Assembly (NCBI GenBank): GCA_048128005.1
Contig: JBEUKZ010000023.1
Location: forward strand, 434,001 to 487,120
Source of the DNA: Veleropilina oligotropha
Lineage: Eukaryota
Length of the DNA: 53,120 bases
Direction: 5' to 3'
This document shows, piece after piece, positions 11,930 through 26,127 of this stretch; positions within the stretch are counted from its first letter, which is position 1; each line of letters opens with the position of its first letter. Below the pieces are notes generated by a model. That model did no database searches and was not told where the DNA came from. It saw nothing but the letters and a program-made list of their open reading frames with translations. The translations under genes were made by a program, and so were the position numbers.

Positions 11930-14605
11930 CTACTCCAACGCACCAGAGTCAACAGAATAAACATCAGAATCGCCCTTTGCAGCTTCTCAACATCAACTTT
12001 CGCCTCCACTCGCTATGTGGCAAATCCGCCGAAACCAACCACGTTAGCATGAGCCTGAAATCTGATGTCATCATTGGAACAGAAACATGGTTGTCTCTCG
12101 CGATTGCTACATAGAAATGGCGACGGTATCATCGTTGCAGTATTCTATGGTATATGTACGGAGGAACGAAAAGCAAATGCTCATAAGTTCATACTACAGG
12201 TCGGATGTTAGTAGTGAAGGGAACATGAGAAGTATGGAAGATTTGTTGAGGATAACTAGCCTGTTACACCCTGAACTCAATAATCATCATCGGTGGCGAT
12301 TACAACTTTCCACTGGAGCAAGGTGTTGAAGAGAAGTCACCATCAAGAAACAGTATTGGCGCCCTCGGTCTAGAACAAATTGTAGAGATGTCAACCAGAG
12401 GGGAAACACTCTTGACCTTATCCTGACTAACCGATCCAACTTGCTTCCCCGTTTAGAGACAGCTCCTGGCGGCTCTGACCATTATAACGTCTATGATGAA
12501 CTCTAGATCCAGCCGTTAAGGATACGTCAAAAGGAACAAATTGTCCCCTGCTACAAGAAGACTGATTTGGATGGAATACGCGTTTCCGCCCGTGAATTAG
12601 CAGATACAATTATCTCTGCCTTCTAATACGACCCTGACGTAGAGAAGATATGAACAGACTTAGATCACGTCTCAACAAATGTATTCAACAGTTGGTTGGT
12701 ACCGCACAGAAAGTTTGGTTCCAGAGAACGCGAACCATAGCTTGAATTCGGACTTGACAAACTAATCAATAAGAGCGCCAGAATCCACAAGAAGATAAGG
12801 AAGAAGGGAAGACAGTCCCTCAATGAAGTTTTCAAGCTTCTAAACGGGCAGACAAAAAGATTCACAGGACTTTACTGATCATTGAAGACTCTGCAACACA
12901 ACCACAGACAACAAAGAAATTTTGATCGTTCATGCAGATGAGCAGAAGGTTCTGGAGTTTTATCTATCAAAGTTGCAGGAATAATAATAATCTGCATTCA
13001 GTTCAAAAGAGAAACTCACTGAATATGAATTTTAACAGAGATATGATATCCCCGAACTAGATGCGAATCGTCCTCTACTAAGATGCCCATGTCAATAAAG
13101 ACGGAGAAAATAAACTGCTGTAAGACCACGATCCATCCAAGGCAAACCGCCCATCACTACTCATCACATCCATGATATCACTCCTCGGATCTTAAAACAA
13201 GTAGCAACAGAGATAGCCCTGGAGCTCACCCTCCTATGTCAGACGTCTATGGATACCGAAGTGGTACCATCTGAGTGGAAAACAGCCAACAGTTTTAAGA
13301 AATATGAGCGATATAAAGCAGAGAACTGCCCACCTATATCGCTTATCAGCTTCTCGAACATATCCTCGTCAGCACGATAATGCAGCACTATAGTCAAGGA
13401 AACATCATCTGCCCTCAACAGCATGGCTTTTGACGAGGCCGCTTATGTGAAACTCAAGTCATAGGCCTCGCTGATGAAATATATCTAAGTCGTTGCAGCA
13501 TGGGAACCAAGAGGACCTGAATTTCTTAGACTTCTCCAAGGCATTCGATAAAGTGGCCCACAGTCTCCTCATCCGCAAGCTCTGTCGTTACGGTATCTAA
13601 GGCGAAGTCAAAGCTTGGATTAAAAATTTCATAACTGACAGAGAGCCAGTGGTCGTCAAAGGTATAAGATCGGATCTCACTACAGTGGAATTTGGTGTGC
13701 CACAGGGCTCAGTGCTGGGACCACTACTCTTCCTATACTGTTCATTAACGATTTACCGACATATTTAACATGTACATATAGGCTGTTTGCGGATGGCACA
13801 GCATGTTTCATGTCACAATAGGGTCACCATACCCAGCGTCCAGGACGATCTTCAAGGTGACCTAGACAGACTGGCGTCCTGGGAGCAGCGTTGAAAAATG
13901 TCATGGCACCCATCCAAATGCTCTGTCATCCACATGTCCCGCCGTCTTTCCACCCCCGCCGCCGCCATAACTATCACATACACGGACACAGACTCCGAAA
14001 AGAGTCAAGTTCAGTATCTTGGAATATCTCTATGTAGCGATATAGAGTGTGGGCTTCACATCCAGAAAAAGGCAAACAGCTAAGCAAGCGGCATAAGCAC
14101 TCGAACGGCCCACCCTCGAATATGCAAGTCCTGTTTGGGACCCAAACACCGTGGAAGAAACCACTGCAATTGAAAAGGTGCAGCGTCGAGCAGCACGATG
14201 AGTCACCCACCGCTCCGAAGTATGTCTAGTGGTGAAACGATGCTACAAGACACCGAGGGCCAGGCTAATCGCATTTTACAAATACCACAACGGTTTTACC
14301 ACAAACACATCCAAGCATCGCCCATCGCCTTCCTAACTTAGACGCAGCTCTAGAACAACCCATGCTAGTAGCTACGGCATCCCAGCATCGAGAACCACCT
14401 ACCGGCAGACGAGTTTCTTTCTCGGTACTATCTGCGAGTGAAACCATCTACTTGATGACGTTGTGTTTGTGTCATTCTTGGCTGTCTTCCAGGCCAGGAT
14501 GGCCCGTACACAGTAGAAAATAAAAAAGATAGAAAAATGTGCAGCTGTATCACCAACATGATGGCGTTGGCCACCTAATTCAAAGAAGAAAAAGAGAAGA
14601 AGAGG
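11930..14605 (+). mobile_element. Dead non-LTR retrotransposon (APE endonuclease + RT; CR1/L2/RTEX-like), frameshifted
   Basis: Translated fragments SDVIIGTETWL (12061), IIGGD, TLDLIL, SDH, LDFSKAFDKVAH (~13526), [14 protein letters not shown] (~13694), FINDL, RLFADG, YLGI; many stops/frameshifts; GAA-rich tail ~14585. Confidence 0.88.
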
Positions 14606-15199
14606 ATTGCACTCGCAAAATAATACTCTGTCTAACAGGACAAGAGTCCAATCTTCTATTTTGCAATTTTTGTTCAGTTAACTGTCACAGTTATTCGTCC
14701 TTAATTGGCGGTGAAGTTTCCTGGACAACCGGGCTTTCCTCCTGGGGCAAAATGAACAGCCGAAATCTATTAAAATAGGGACATTACGCATCGACCCAAA
14801 GCAAACCTTATTTTGGCCATTGCCATATGATGACTGCCATCTTGAATCATTTGCTTTCTTATACATAAAATAGCAGATCTCAATTCACGAAACGTTTATA
14901 TTATATGCATGTTGTAATATAAATGCACAAAAAGCGAGTTACTTCAGCTCAAATTGTGATTATGAGTTGGATATACCAATAAATACGTATACCAGAAAAT
15001 TGCTATTTAGCCGCCATTTTTCAATATGGCCGAAAAATCACATTTCCGTGGTGTTTTTTTGTGGGTTATGAAGTCCCCAAAGGTCATCTTAAAACAATAA
15101 AACGTCTGTTATCAAAAATGTCTAGGTCGAATGCATTTTCTACTGAACTAAAATCCATTTTGAATCATCAAAACTTTTTATATATGTGGAGGAGGAGGA

Positions 15200-15450
15200 A
15201 TGATGCTTAATGTCCTGTATATTTACAACATCGAGGTTCAAGGCAGGACATGTCCGTGTTATCGCGGGAGGAAACCCCGGTCACCTGGGTAAACCCGCCC
15301 TCTTCGGCCAGTCGCGGATAACTGTGATTCCTAACTTGATCAAATGTCAATGCCTCAGCCAGGTATTGAACCCACTACTGTTCGCATTAGCGGAATCAAG
15401 CCAGTGAATTTAGCGTGGACACTCTTACCCACTGCGCTGCCGAAGCGGCC
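15200..15450 (-). mobile_element. tRNA-type SINE copy
   Basis: Reverse-complement match to 6896-7168 (gatgcttaatgtcctgtatatttacaac...aatcaagccagtga...gcggcc). Confidence 0.8.
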
Positions 15451-15495
15451 TTTTATATATGTAAGTAAGGCATTGTAGGTAAATGTGCGATCATA

Positions 15496-18478
15496 ACGGG
15501 CAATAAAATATAACAAAATTGAATACACGGTACAATATTATTAAAGTGTACATCTATAATATTTAGCACTGAACAATAGTTTTGCTTTTATCAATATTGA
15601 TAAATGCATTGTCAGAATTGATAAATGTATTTTCATTATTGATAAAGATATTTTCAATATTGGTAAATGTATTTTCAATATTTGGTAATCAATTATCAGT
15701 ATTGGTAAATCAATTATCAATATTTTTAAAACAATTTTCACTAATTATAAATCAATTTTCAATATTGTAAATCAATTTTTAATATTGATAAATGGATTTT
15801 CAAATTGAGAATTTAATTTCTATCTGGAAGTTAAATTTTCAATATTAAGAATTGTATTTCAATATTAAAAATTGTATTTCAATACTAAGAATTAAATTTT
15901 CAATATTAAGAATTGAATTTTCAATATTAAGAATAAAATTTTCGATATTAAGAATAAATTTTTCAATATTAAGAATTGAATGTTCAATATTATCAGAAAT
16001 GCGCTTTCAATGATGTTAAATCAATTTTCAATGACGATAAATCAATTTCCAAAGTAAATAAATAATAATGTTTAACATTTTCAATATTAGAAAATGAATT
16101 TCAATATTAAGAAATGAATTTCAATACATGTATTGAGAAATGAATTTCAATAATAAGGTATATTGACCCCGAATCAGTCCCGTAAAATGGAATTTAACGC
16201 CATTTAATCTGACATGTATTCTGCGCATAACGTTATGCTGATTTAGAGATTATCATATCCATAAACAAAATGTAAGATATAGTAATAAGTGTGTAAAATG
16301 TTTCATTCACAACGATCTTTCATGTCGGTTTCCGGGGTTTCTCCCATATCCATATATCATTTATTTTTAAAGTATACAATACTTTATCTGAATACAAGGT
16401 TAAAACTAATATCATGTACTCAATATCAAAAATATTTTATACATATTTAACTAGTATTATGATACTGTAGCATTCAAATAACCGACTGGGGCGAAACCTC
16501 CATGACTTTTCTGGCAAATCCTTTTGATGCGATGCTAATTTCAGTATATAAACAAGTGCAATCAGAGGAGATTGCAAACCCTCGCCCCGGGGCTAAGGAA
16601 GACGACGGCGAAAGTCAGAAATGTCTGCATTGAATATTTCTGAACATGAATTATAATCATACAAATGTGATGACAAATCATAACAAAATTCAAGTAATAT
16701 TAATAACAAAACTTCAGTAAAAAAGTTTTTGGGAGGTAACGGGATTCGAATCTCTGACCTCAAGATTAAACGACAACGCTTTAACTGTTTGCGTTATTCG
16801 TACATTTCTAAATAAAGCTTCGACTGTAGGCTATATATATATTTGGTGTTCCATTTTTGTATTTGCAAATTTTGCCGAGCCTGACAATACTTAACTCGCA
16901 ATAACTCAATATTTTCTAAAGCGATATACCTGAAATTTTCAAGAAAGGTAGATTACGGTAACCTTGCTTAATGGTGTAAATTATATCACCGCGTTAGCAG
17001 TATGTAAAGAGCAATCACCAATATCGCAACTTCTCGATGATTTTAAGTTCGGAACCAAAATTATTGCTACAAATTCGATCAAACACACAAAGTATATCGA
17101 GAAGAGTTGTAGATAATGTCTCACTCTGTCACTTGTTAAAATTTAGGGTGTCTAGGGTCAGTGGTTACCGATTTACTGCCCTTTGTTGCATTTTGCTTTG
17201 GTTGATTTCTAAAATGCTTATAAAGTTCACATTTTACATTATTTTCTAAATATTTTTGCCGATATCATTATAATTTCATCAGGACTACGATTTGCATGAC
17301 GAATTTACACAATTTAATTCGATTTGGCGAAATTAGACTTTGACCCCCTATTTTCAAAATTTTAAATTTCCCTGGCGGCCATCTTGTGTGAGGTAGATTC
17401 TATATAATTCATGTTGTCATGTTGCCAATGGCCCCTGATCTAACGAACATTTTTAGCCTAATTTGAAGTTTGTACGATGAAGCGTTTTAACGATACAGCC
17501 GAAGTTGCGTAAACCGGATATTGCGTCATAAAATCCGAACCCGTATCATAATTCGGACCATCTTCGAGGAGGACCGAGCCACGGAGAAACATTATCTTGT
17601 GCAAAAATTTCAAGTAAATCTTATCAATAGTTTTCGAGTTATGCGAATGGACATACAGACATACATACGGAGCCGATTGAAATACCCTCGCCTCTCCTCC
17701 AGAGGCGAGGGTAATAAACATGGCTTCAAATGCAACTGTAACATTAAATCAATCGACCGGGGTGAAGCCTCCAGCTATATACCATGGCTTTGAATGCAAT
17801 CTGTCACGTTAAATTGCGCTTATGACTAAAGCGAGTATTTAATAGTTGAAATACTTATGTTGCATTTTAACCTATGAATCATCAAATGAGCAGAATTTTG
17901 AATATTAAGAATTGAATTTTCAATACTGATAATGGAATTTTGAATATTAAGAATTGAATTTTCAATACTGATAATGGAATTTTCAATATTTATAATTGAA
18001 TTTTCAATTTTACTAATTGAATTTTCAATTTTATTAATTGAATTTTCAAGTTTATTAAATAAATTTTCATTTTATTAATTGAATTTTCAAATTTATTAAT
18101 TGAATTTGCAATTTTATTAATTGAATTTGCAATCTTATTAATTGAATTTTCAATTTTATTAATTGAATTTTCAATATTGATAATTGAATTTTCAATATTG
18201 ATAATTGAATTTTCAATATTGATAATTGAATTTCAATATTAAAATTGAATTTTCGATATTAATAAATTACATTTGTAATATTAAGCGATATTAATAATTG
18301 AATTTTCGATATTAATAATTGAACTTTCGAAATTAATAATTGAAATTTCAATATTAATATCGAATTTTTCAATATTAGTAATTGGATTGTCATTATTAAT
18401 AATTGAATTTTCAATATTAATAAATGAATTTTCAATATTAATAAATGAATTTTAAATATTAAATAGACTATTGCCCGT
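15496..18478. mobile_element. Probable TIR element carrying long AT-rich ~21-bp tandem arrays, with a nested insertion
   Basis: 10-bp inverted ends acgggcaata / tattgcccgt; arrays of aattgaattttcaatatt(aag/gat) at ~15590-16150 and ~17890-18465. Confidence 0.6.
16551..17718 (+). mobile_element. Helentron/HINE-like element
   Basis: Starts aacaag, motif accctcgcc near both ends, catacagacatacatac tract, 3' hairpin accctcgcctctcctccagaggcgagggt, A-rich flanks. Confidence 0.65.
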
Positions 18479-19799
18479 AAATGCGCTCTTTTTCTTAGAA
18501 AAGAAAACTAATCGCATTACACTTTTTGTTTATAGCATAAAAAGTTATAAATTTTCAGCACTTAACTTTTGTCAGTAATTTGCAACCGTTTAAATAAAAC
18601 GCTAATGAATATTTAATAAAAATTAAAAGCGGTCCGCTCACCGAGTGATATTTCCAATTGACCTAGTTGGAGCAAAGTTTCGTAGGTTCTGCTCGTCTCT
18701 AGTAAGAAAGCTTTTGTATTTGACAATAATATATATTGCCCAGTTACAAGAATAATTTCAATAAAAATCTATCATTTGATCATATATCGATCATATCTTT
18801 GCGAAATTAGTATCAATATGCGCGAACCGTGCGTCCAATTCATTTTGAGATTGTTTAGGCATGCTACACATTCACGAAAATGGCGTTAATACAGGAAATA
18901 GTCACTTTAATATAATCGAATTGTAAATATTAAGAATTGAATTTTCATTTTCACCGGGATTTCCTACCGCCATTATATGGGACATGTCCTGTCATAACCA
19001 AACCATCTGTCACCATCTGCCAGTCAATGAGAGCCAGGATCTCACTGATGGTAAATGACACAAGCTGCGCATCACGTCACAAGAAGGAGAGAAGGGGATG
19101 GATGCAGAATCTGGCGTACTCTGTCAAAATGGTATCACTCAGTGAAGAATAAATCGTCACATCTCTGCATGCTGACTACATCATGAAGCTGCATCTATTG
19201 CATATGATTGGTGGTACTTCGTCAGACCTTAATTAGTCCAGAAAGACAAGATTGTCATTCGTCCACTTGATCATTGTCATTCTTCACAGAAACAAACCTT
19301 CTCTGCAGTAAAGGAAAAATTATGTCACACTTAGATCCAGACATCGACATATATGTTATAAAGGATGCTTCAGGTTATGCCCACGAAGCGGTACTCTCTC
19401 AAGGTGTCAATGTTCAAAGGAAATCTGAACTCAAAACAGAGACATACAAGGACACAATCTCCCATCAGGTCGTCGCCTACATTTAACCCAGTTGACCAAA
19501 AACTGTTCCACCTGACGTCAAACTATTCTTTCAGATGAGAGTCAAATTTCTGTCTGGAGTGAACGCGTGTTACATATGGCGCACGACGGATACATGTGTC
19601 GTGCTTGAAACAACGTTACAGAGAAACAGAGTGGTGATCCTTCTATTCCGATGTTTCAAGTAACACCCAATGGAATTTGTTCTGGCTGATCGGAGCCATG
19701 CGCAAATAGCGTGAAATCAGTTAAACTCTCAATTCCTCCCCTGCACCCAACGCGCTGGCCGATCAGACCGTGACATTTGACACAGAGCGATATCTATGG

Positions 19800-20016
19800 G
19801 GACATGAAATAGGACACGTCTATATTAACGCGGGAGGCAAGCACATTCGCCCGAGGAAACGCACCCTCTCCGGCCAATTACGGACAAGTGACATCGATAA
19901 CTAAGCAAAGAATGTTAATGTCCCAACCGAGATTCGAACCTGCTTCTGTTCGTTAGAGCAATCGAGCCAGTGATTCTAGAGTGGACACTCGAGACAACGC
20001 GACTACCGGGGCGGCC
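19800..20016 (-). mobile_element. tRNA-type SINE copy
   Basis: caaccgagattcgaacc (B-box complement), family core and terminal ggggcggcc. Confidence 0.7.
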
Positions 20017-20039
20017 TCGAGATGAACCTCAATTTACAT

Positions 20040-21460
20040 CGAACGAGTTTGAAAACTAACTGAAAGGGCAAAGCCATCAAGCCCAAGTAGACCTCACTCT
20101 ACACTACCAAAGTAGGATTATAATAGCGGCATAGAATGGTTTAACGACGTTTTCGAAATACGGACTTTTCTCAAGCCGTTCAGACAGAGGTATACCCTGC
20201 ATGATCTGTAATACTGACAAACCACCTGCACAGCTACAGCTACATGGTTACAGAAATTCATGTGCTGTGCGTTTGTTTGGTTTGAACCTCGTGTCCAAGT
20301 CCATCGCACAACGTTCTATGGTGCTGATATCGTCCTACGAGCTAACCACTAACGCATCGTTGCCAAATCGAGACGTCATCATTATAAAACAGTACAACAA
20401 ATTTCTATTGTCGAACTGTTAAAGTACCTATACAGCTTCGGCGAAGCCTAAGTATTCATATACTGGGAAATAACTATCTTACTGGGTCGTATGCCTGTCA
20501 GGGGCGGATGTAGGATTTTGCTAAGGGGGGGGGGCAACTTTCATAAAATATACTATCAACTGTTCGCGTGGGGGTCGGGGCCCCACGCGAAAGAAAATTT
20601 TGACAATCAACAGCCTGAAACCTCTTCTCCTGCACTCTGACAGGGCAAAAGCGAGATTTCATACCAACATTTATGAACCATTTTCACTAAAATGTATGGG
20701 TAATTTTTGTCACAATCTAACACATTGACTTTTTTAATGGCCAAGGCAAAAGGGCACTTGGTCCGTCAAGGGGGGGGGGGGGGGCGACCCCCATGCCCCC
20801 CCCCTGGATCCGCCCCCAGGTGGCCCACCACATTCCTGTACGGAAATGGATAATTGTCCGCCCTGGGATTTCGAAAGGTGATGATTTTAATGACATGCAC
20901 TCAGTTTTGGACAAGCTTGGTGCCACCCATGCACAGGTCGAGAAATCAGGAGATGCTTATATCTAAATACAGTAGTTCGCAGCATTGGATCACGACGAGT
21001 GATAGGTACCATATGAACACAGCGAAATGTGATAAGCTGCTCAACATCTTATCGCTGCAACTAATTGAGGAACATATCTATATGCACTTCTTGTGATGAT
21101 TTGCAGACCATACTCGCTATAATATACTGTATGATGACCATACATCTGAACCACCCAGCTTCATGAATTATAGTTAGGAAATCATCCCAGTACCACAAGA
21201 TCTCTTGGGTGTAGTTCGATGTGGTGCGACTGCAGCGCAGTGATATAGGCAATCGTCACCGAACGTTGCAGTTATCATGCGCTGTGTACTGCGCGTATGG
21301 TACCTTGCAGTGGTGCCTTCTTCAACCCATTTAAAGCAGGTGGGGAAGACTATTACGAGGTGCAAGACTGCATGCATATGCAGATATATCGGGTGACGAG
21401 GAAGGGTAAATTCGTGCTTTTGATTATGACAGCGAATGGACGTGAGCAACGCTTAATACG
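20040..21460 (-). mobile_element. Possible highly decayed Gypsy-type pol (RT/RNase H) relic, interrupted by a MITE
   Basis: Colinear minus-strand fragments NGLKKAP, TQRMITATFGD, LWYWDDFL resemble PFGLKNAP/TFQRLM/VYLDDIL; multiple frameshifts. Weak, read by eye. Confidence 0.4.
20499..20819. mobile_element. MITE, CAGGGGCGGATCCAG-type family, copy 2
   Basis: Highly similar to 3786-4107 over its length; TIRs present, no clear TSD. Confidence 0.85.
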
Positions 21461-21605
21461 TCATAAGTGATAACTGCTAATAGCTCTCGTCATGCTTTGT
21501 GTGTTGGTGGTAACAATTGGATTGCTGTTCAAAGTGCTACGTACTCCTTTTCGTGTTGTACATACTGATGAGTGGAGAGAAAATGAATAAATGACTGACC
21601 CGTAA

Positions 21606-21932
21606 CAGGCGCGGATCCAGGAATTTTGATTAGGGGGGGGGGGGCGCTGAATTTATCAACTGTTCCCCGGCCCCACGCAAAAGAAAATTTTGACAATCAA
21701 CAGCCTGAAGCGCCCTCTCCTGACAGGACAAATTAACGGTGTGAAATCCCCCCTCCTGCATTATTACATTGCAAAAGCTAATAGTAATACAATTCAACTT
21801 TAGTATTTTGGTATGGCCTATTTATGATGTTCTGAAACTCATTTGTATCAGATTATACATATTATTTTAATATGCTTGACCAGCTTTAGGGGGGGCGTGA
21901 GCCGGGTGCACCCCCCCCTGGATCTGCGCCTG
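21606..21932. mobile_element. MITE, CAGGCGCGGATCCAG subfamily, copy 3
   Basis: TIRs caggcgcggatccagg / cctggatctgcgcctg; exact 5-bp TSD cgtaa. Confidence 0.88.
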
Positions 21933-22074
21933 CGTAATCACTCTGAAAATTTCATTATCCCTGAATTGGACACCTTTTCATTCACTACGAAACAATTGAT
22001 GGAACTCATCATTGATCTTTTAAACCTTCTAATATTCGAGTGGTATTCCCACCGATAGTTGACTTGATTAGACT

Positions 22075-22265
22075 CTGAATTCACTGCTTTGTCTAACAAT
22101 AGTGGGTTCGAACCTCGGTTGGGCCAGTGGCGTTCTTGGTTGCATTTGTCCATAACTGGATGATGATGGCGGATGTTTTTGGACAACCAGACTTTCCTAC
22201 CATGATAATATCAATATGTCATGGTTTGTACCTAAAGGTTGTAAATATACGTAAGCATCAATCCA
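22075..22265 (+). mobile_element. Partial SINE copy
   Basis: agtgggttcgaacctcggttggg, ttgtccataactgg, ggttgtaaatatacgtaagcatc. Confidence 0.65.
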
Positions 22266-22537
22266 TGGATGGCCATGGTGGTACATCAGTTATTAAGATC
22301 AACAGGAAAGCACTATTGCTGTAATTGACCTTTGGTGCATGGACCAATCAGCTAGGTACATCATATATTCATATTTGAATGTTTATGTTATAACCAGCAG
22401 CCATCTTGGAAACAAAACATGACGCGTCCTGCAAACCAGGCTTCACAAATTCTCTGTTGATTCTGATGTCTGAAAAATTTTCTAAACCAATCGGTAACAG
22501 GCAACATGCATTGAATGAGGACCGGCTCATCTAATAA

Positions 22538-22800
22538 AAGGAAAGGAAAGGATCAATGCTTAATGTCCTGTATATTTTCAATCATTAAGTTCAAAGCAGG
22601 ACATGTCCATATTATCGTGGGAGGAAATCCCGGTCGCCCGGGGAAACCCGCCCTCTCCGACCAGTTACGGATAACTGTGATTCATAACAACTGAATAAAT
22701 AAAGTCATGTCCCAACCGAGATTCGAACCCACTATTGTTCGTGTCAGTGAAATCAAGCCAGTGATTTTCAGATTCTGCAACCGAAACCACATGGCTGCGG
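22538..22800 (-). mobile_element. tRNA-type SINE copy
   Basis: Close reverse-complement match to 6896-7168 including the aaaggaaagg tail. Confidence 0.85.
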
Positions 22801-23807
22801 TTTATCTAATAACCGAGGGGGGGGGGGGGCTGTTATGTTCATTAATAAAGAGTAAAGATAACAATGATTACCTTTATATTGTATATAAAAGAAAAACATT
22901 TCATACAAATATATAAATTTATTTATTTCCAATATAAAGGAAACACAACATGTGTCAATATTCATTATTAATTATGAAGAAAGACAATATGGAATATATC
23001 TATAAGGGGTAAAATCAACTAAAATTTTCATATTTATACAAAATTTACAATAAATATTCAGTTGTTAGAAATATAGTAGGCTCGTCCTATATGAAATACA
23101 TAAAATATAAATGTACAATTATTGGATTTCATAAATACCTTCTGAACAAATCATAAAAAAATGATAGTCCATATATACCTCATTATAACAGATAACTATC
23201 TAGTGACCTATCATGTAAACTTTTACAATATTTGGTTCTGTAAGACTATATTTTAATCTTTTAGTTCACCAAATTATTAATTTTCTGATAACAAATAGTA
23301 AAGCAACAACGATAAAAATATGGAAAAATATTGATAGACAAAATGTAATACAAATATATATATATTTTACATATAACATTTATATATATTTTACATATAG
23401 CATTTAAGTTAATTTAAACAGTGTTTTATTGAAATTAACTAATGGCTGGACACAATGATTTTTCTGTCTAGGGCCTCTTTTTTATATTCGCAATGACGGT
23501 ATACCCTCCTGCCAAGGACAGGAGCGTTGACAGGTCTGCCCTCTCATGCAAGTAAAGCATCTTACAACATTTTCGTATTAATAACCAAACCAACAAAACA
23601 GAGTATGAGCAATGAACATAGTTGAAGCAGCTAGTACGATGAAATGTATCGTCTCTCTCTTTCCGTCCCGATGCAGGATGCCGTAGAGATTCAGGTTTTA
23701 ACGTTTAACTTCATCTTTATAAATTTAGTAAGTCATAGCCTGGTCACCTGAAAGGGAGCATAAAAATTATGAATAATTGTGCGTGTATAAATTCTATATA
23801 TTTATAT

Positions 23808-24762
23808 ATACAGAGTAAATTAGAATCGTTACCATCATAAATTTATCAATCTGAACGAGTTTTAAAGGCAGGTAGATTTCATGAACAAATACGGTAACCT
23901 GTATTGCGAAAGCAACACCATCAGGGAATGAACTATTCGATCAGAGGTCGGATGACCAGACATACAATCCGAAATCACATGAAAATCTTTCAACTCCACG
24001 CAATGCAGCCATATCTTGGATCCATGTTTATGCCACTACACCAAAGTAAACATTTCATGACTCAGAGGGACTGGAATAGATTCATGTTAAGTGATGAATC
24101 TAGATTTACACTGCGCTTTGACGATGATAGGGAGAGGGTTCGGAGACGATGTTAGGGTAGGTAGACAGATTTTGGAGGCATAGCATGGTATTTGGGTGCC
24201 GTTTGTGAAATGTCCATTCTTGACTTATATGGTAGTCCGAGCAACCTCAACGCTGCTTAATATTATGACCATGAACGGCCAGTTTGACAAAGAATTACCT
24301 GTTGAATGCGGCATCAAAGTAATGCAGTGGCTTTCAAGCCCATCAATCATGTTTGGGGTGTGCTGGGAAAGACATCTGCACGCTATCAGGAACATCTCAC
24401 AGCCTATGCAAGAAATGGTACCGTTTTCGTGGATCAATGGCGCTGTAGCCCCAATGCAGTGTTTACTAGCATCAGGCAGTCAATGAGGAAACGTTTGCTG
24501 GTTTTTAGCACATTGTGGGCATACACACTACTGAACTAGTGACTTTGCCAGATGAATCCGCTTGAGAATTACCATTTTAACAGCTATTGGTCTTGTGGAA
24601 TGCTGTGGGCGTAGCAGAAAAATTATGGACCCACATTTGCTTGAATTCCTTTTGACATCATAAACTAAATTAATACTTATTCACCACGTTGTTCCGCCAT
24701 TTTGGCCAAGATGAAAAGTACAACGAGAAAAATTGTGAAGTTTCCAGTTTGACTCAGGTATA
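23808..24762 (+). mobile_element. Dead Tc1/mariner transposon
   Basis: DWNRFMLSDESRFTLRFDDDRERVRRR (first catalytic Asp motif, cf. FSDESRF...DGRxRVWR) and PINHVWGVL (cf. NPIENVW); frameshifted; TA-rich imperfect ends. Confidence 0.75.
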
Positions 24763-26127
24763 TATCATGTCATTTTACAATTTTCCACCTACCGAGCTAT
24801 TTTCATGTCGGTGAAATTGTTCTCAAAATTTAGTAATATACATTACATGCAGGGCTGTGCTGATTGTTTTCACAGTTTGTCATTGTCACCACAAGACCAA
24901 AATTCTTTCTTTAAGAAGTATGTTATTTTGTATTCCTCTATAGCAAAATCATAACTGCTAGCAATCATAATAAAGACACAAGTAATCAAAAAAAATTTCA
25001 TACATCGACATCTGTCAGTCTTGCCAGACTATGGAGTTGCGCCTGTTGTAGGAAACATTTTATATGATGATATATTACACAAGCCGCTCTTTGTTATTTT
25101 AAAGTTGCTTAAATACTTACCACAGAACAAGTACGAAATATCTAGCCTAATAATTTGACTAAAAATATACTCTCACTACATGTACCAGAACTTCATAGGA
25201 TAGTATGTCTATGAGCCATAATTACTAGCATATATATAAGGATCTACCTATTATAGCCATTGCTGATAATGCATACAGAGAAAAAAGTGATGTGATCCTC
25301 AGGTGCTTCATGGAATGTTCTGTGTATGCCACACTATTCATTCATTTCATCATTACCGTTGCCTTGTTGTTGTGGGCTAATATTATTGCAATTGGGTCTG
25401 TTTATATATCTGTCTGTTCGCAGCTATTTCGCAGTACCTACTGTATCGATTTCCTTCAATTTTTAATACGAGCTGAGTACGGCACCACCTTGGAAATGTC
25501 AAAATTAATCCATCCAGATCGTGATCCGGATTTATTTCCAGTTTTCGGTTGTTCTCCTCTACCGGACAATCTAGAGATTTCTGGCTCTCACAATCTCTTT
25601 CCTTGTTTATATTATTGCTACATATTAATGTGACAGGGTAGTGCCAAAGGTGAATGGGTATGCCCACAATTCTACAGGTATATTTGCATGTATAAAGGTA
25701 CCTTAGCAGGAGTATACATCTACTTCAGCAAGATAAAAGTACATGTATCCCAATAACTATTCACCAAGCGTTTCTACTATATATCATCAATAATTTGCAT
25801 TGGTAGTTGTAACTGTCAATACCATAAATATTTAGGCTTGAATAGATACTGCAAATCTACTGACTACTATATCAGTTAGTCAATGTTAGTAATACTGAAC
25901 AGAGATAGAGAAGCAAGCGAGGAAGCATATTTCATGCGGTTACGTTCTACGTGTCTTACCATCCCCAGAGGTCGTGTATGTGACACTGGAGTAATTAGCC
26001 TCATATTGAGCTCCTACAGTTTCAGTAGTCTGAGTTTCATAATGCATCTCTGGAAGAAATCATTACATTGTACACTAGCAGGCACACCTGTTTACAAACG
26101 GGTGATTTCGCTGAAATCCCTAATTTC

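Noticed and set aside
16730..16790. tRNA gene (gggattcgaatc), and similar motifs at SINE heads
   Set aside because: Only B-box-like motifs are present, with no convincing cloverleaf; they lie inside repeats.
18990..19720. Possible Gypsy integrase remnant on the + strand
   Set aside because: Only faint similarities (KIVIRP, LADR); too weak to call without a translated HMM search.
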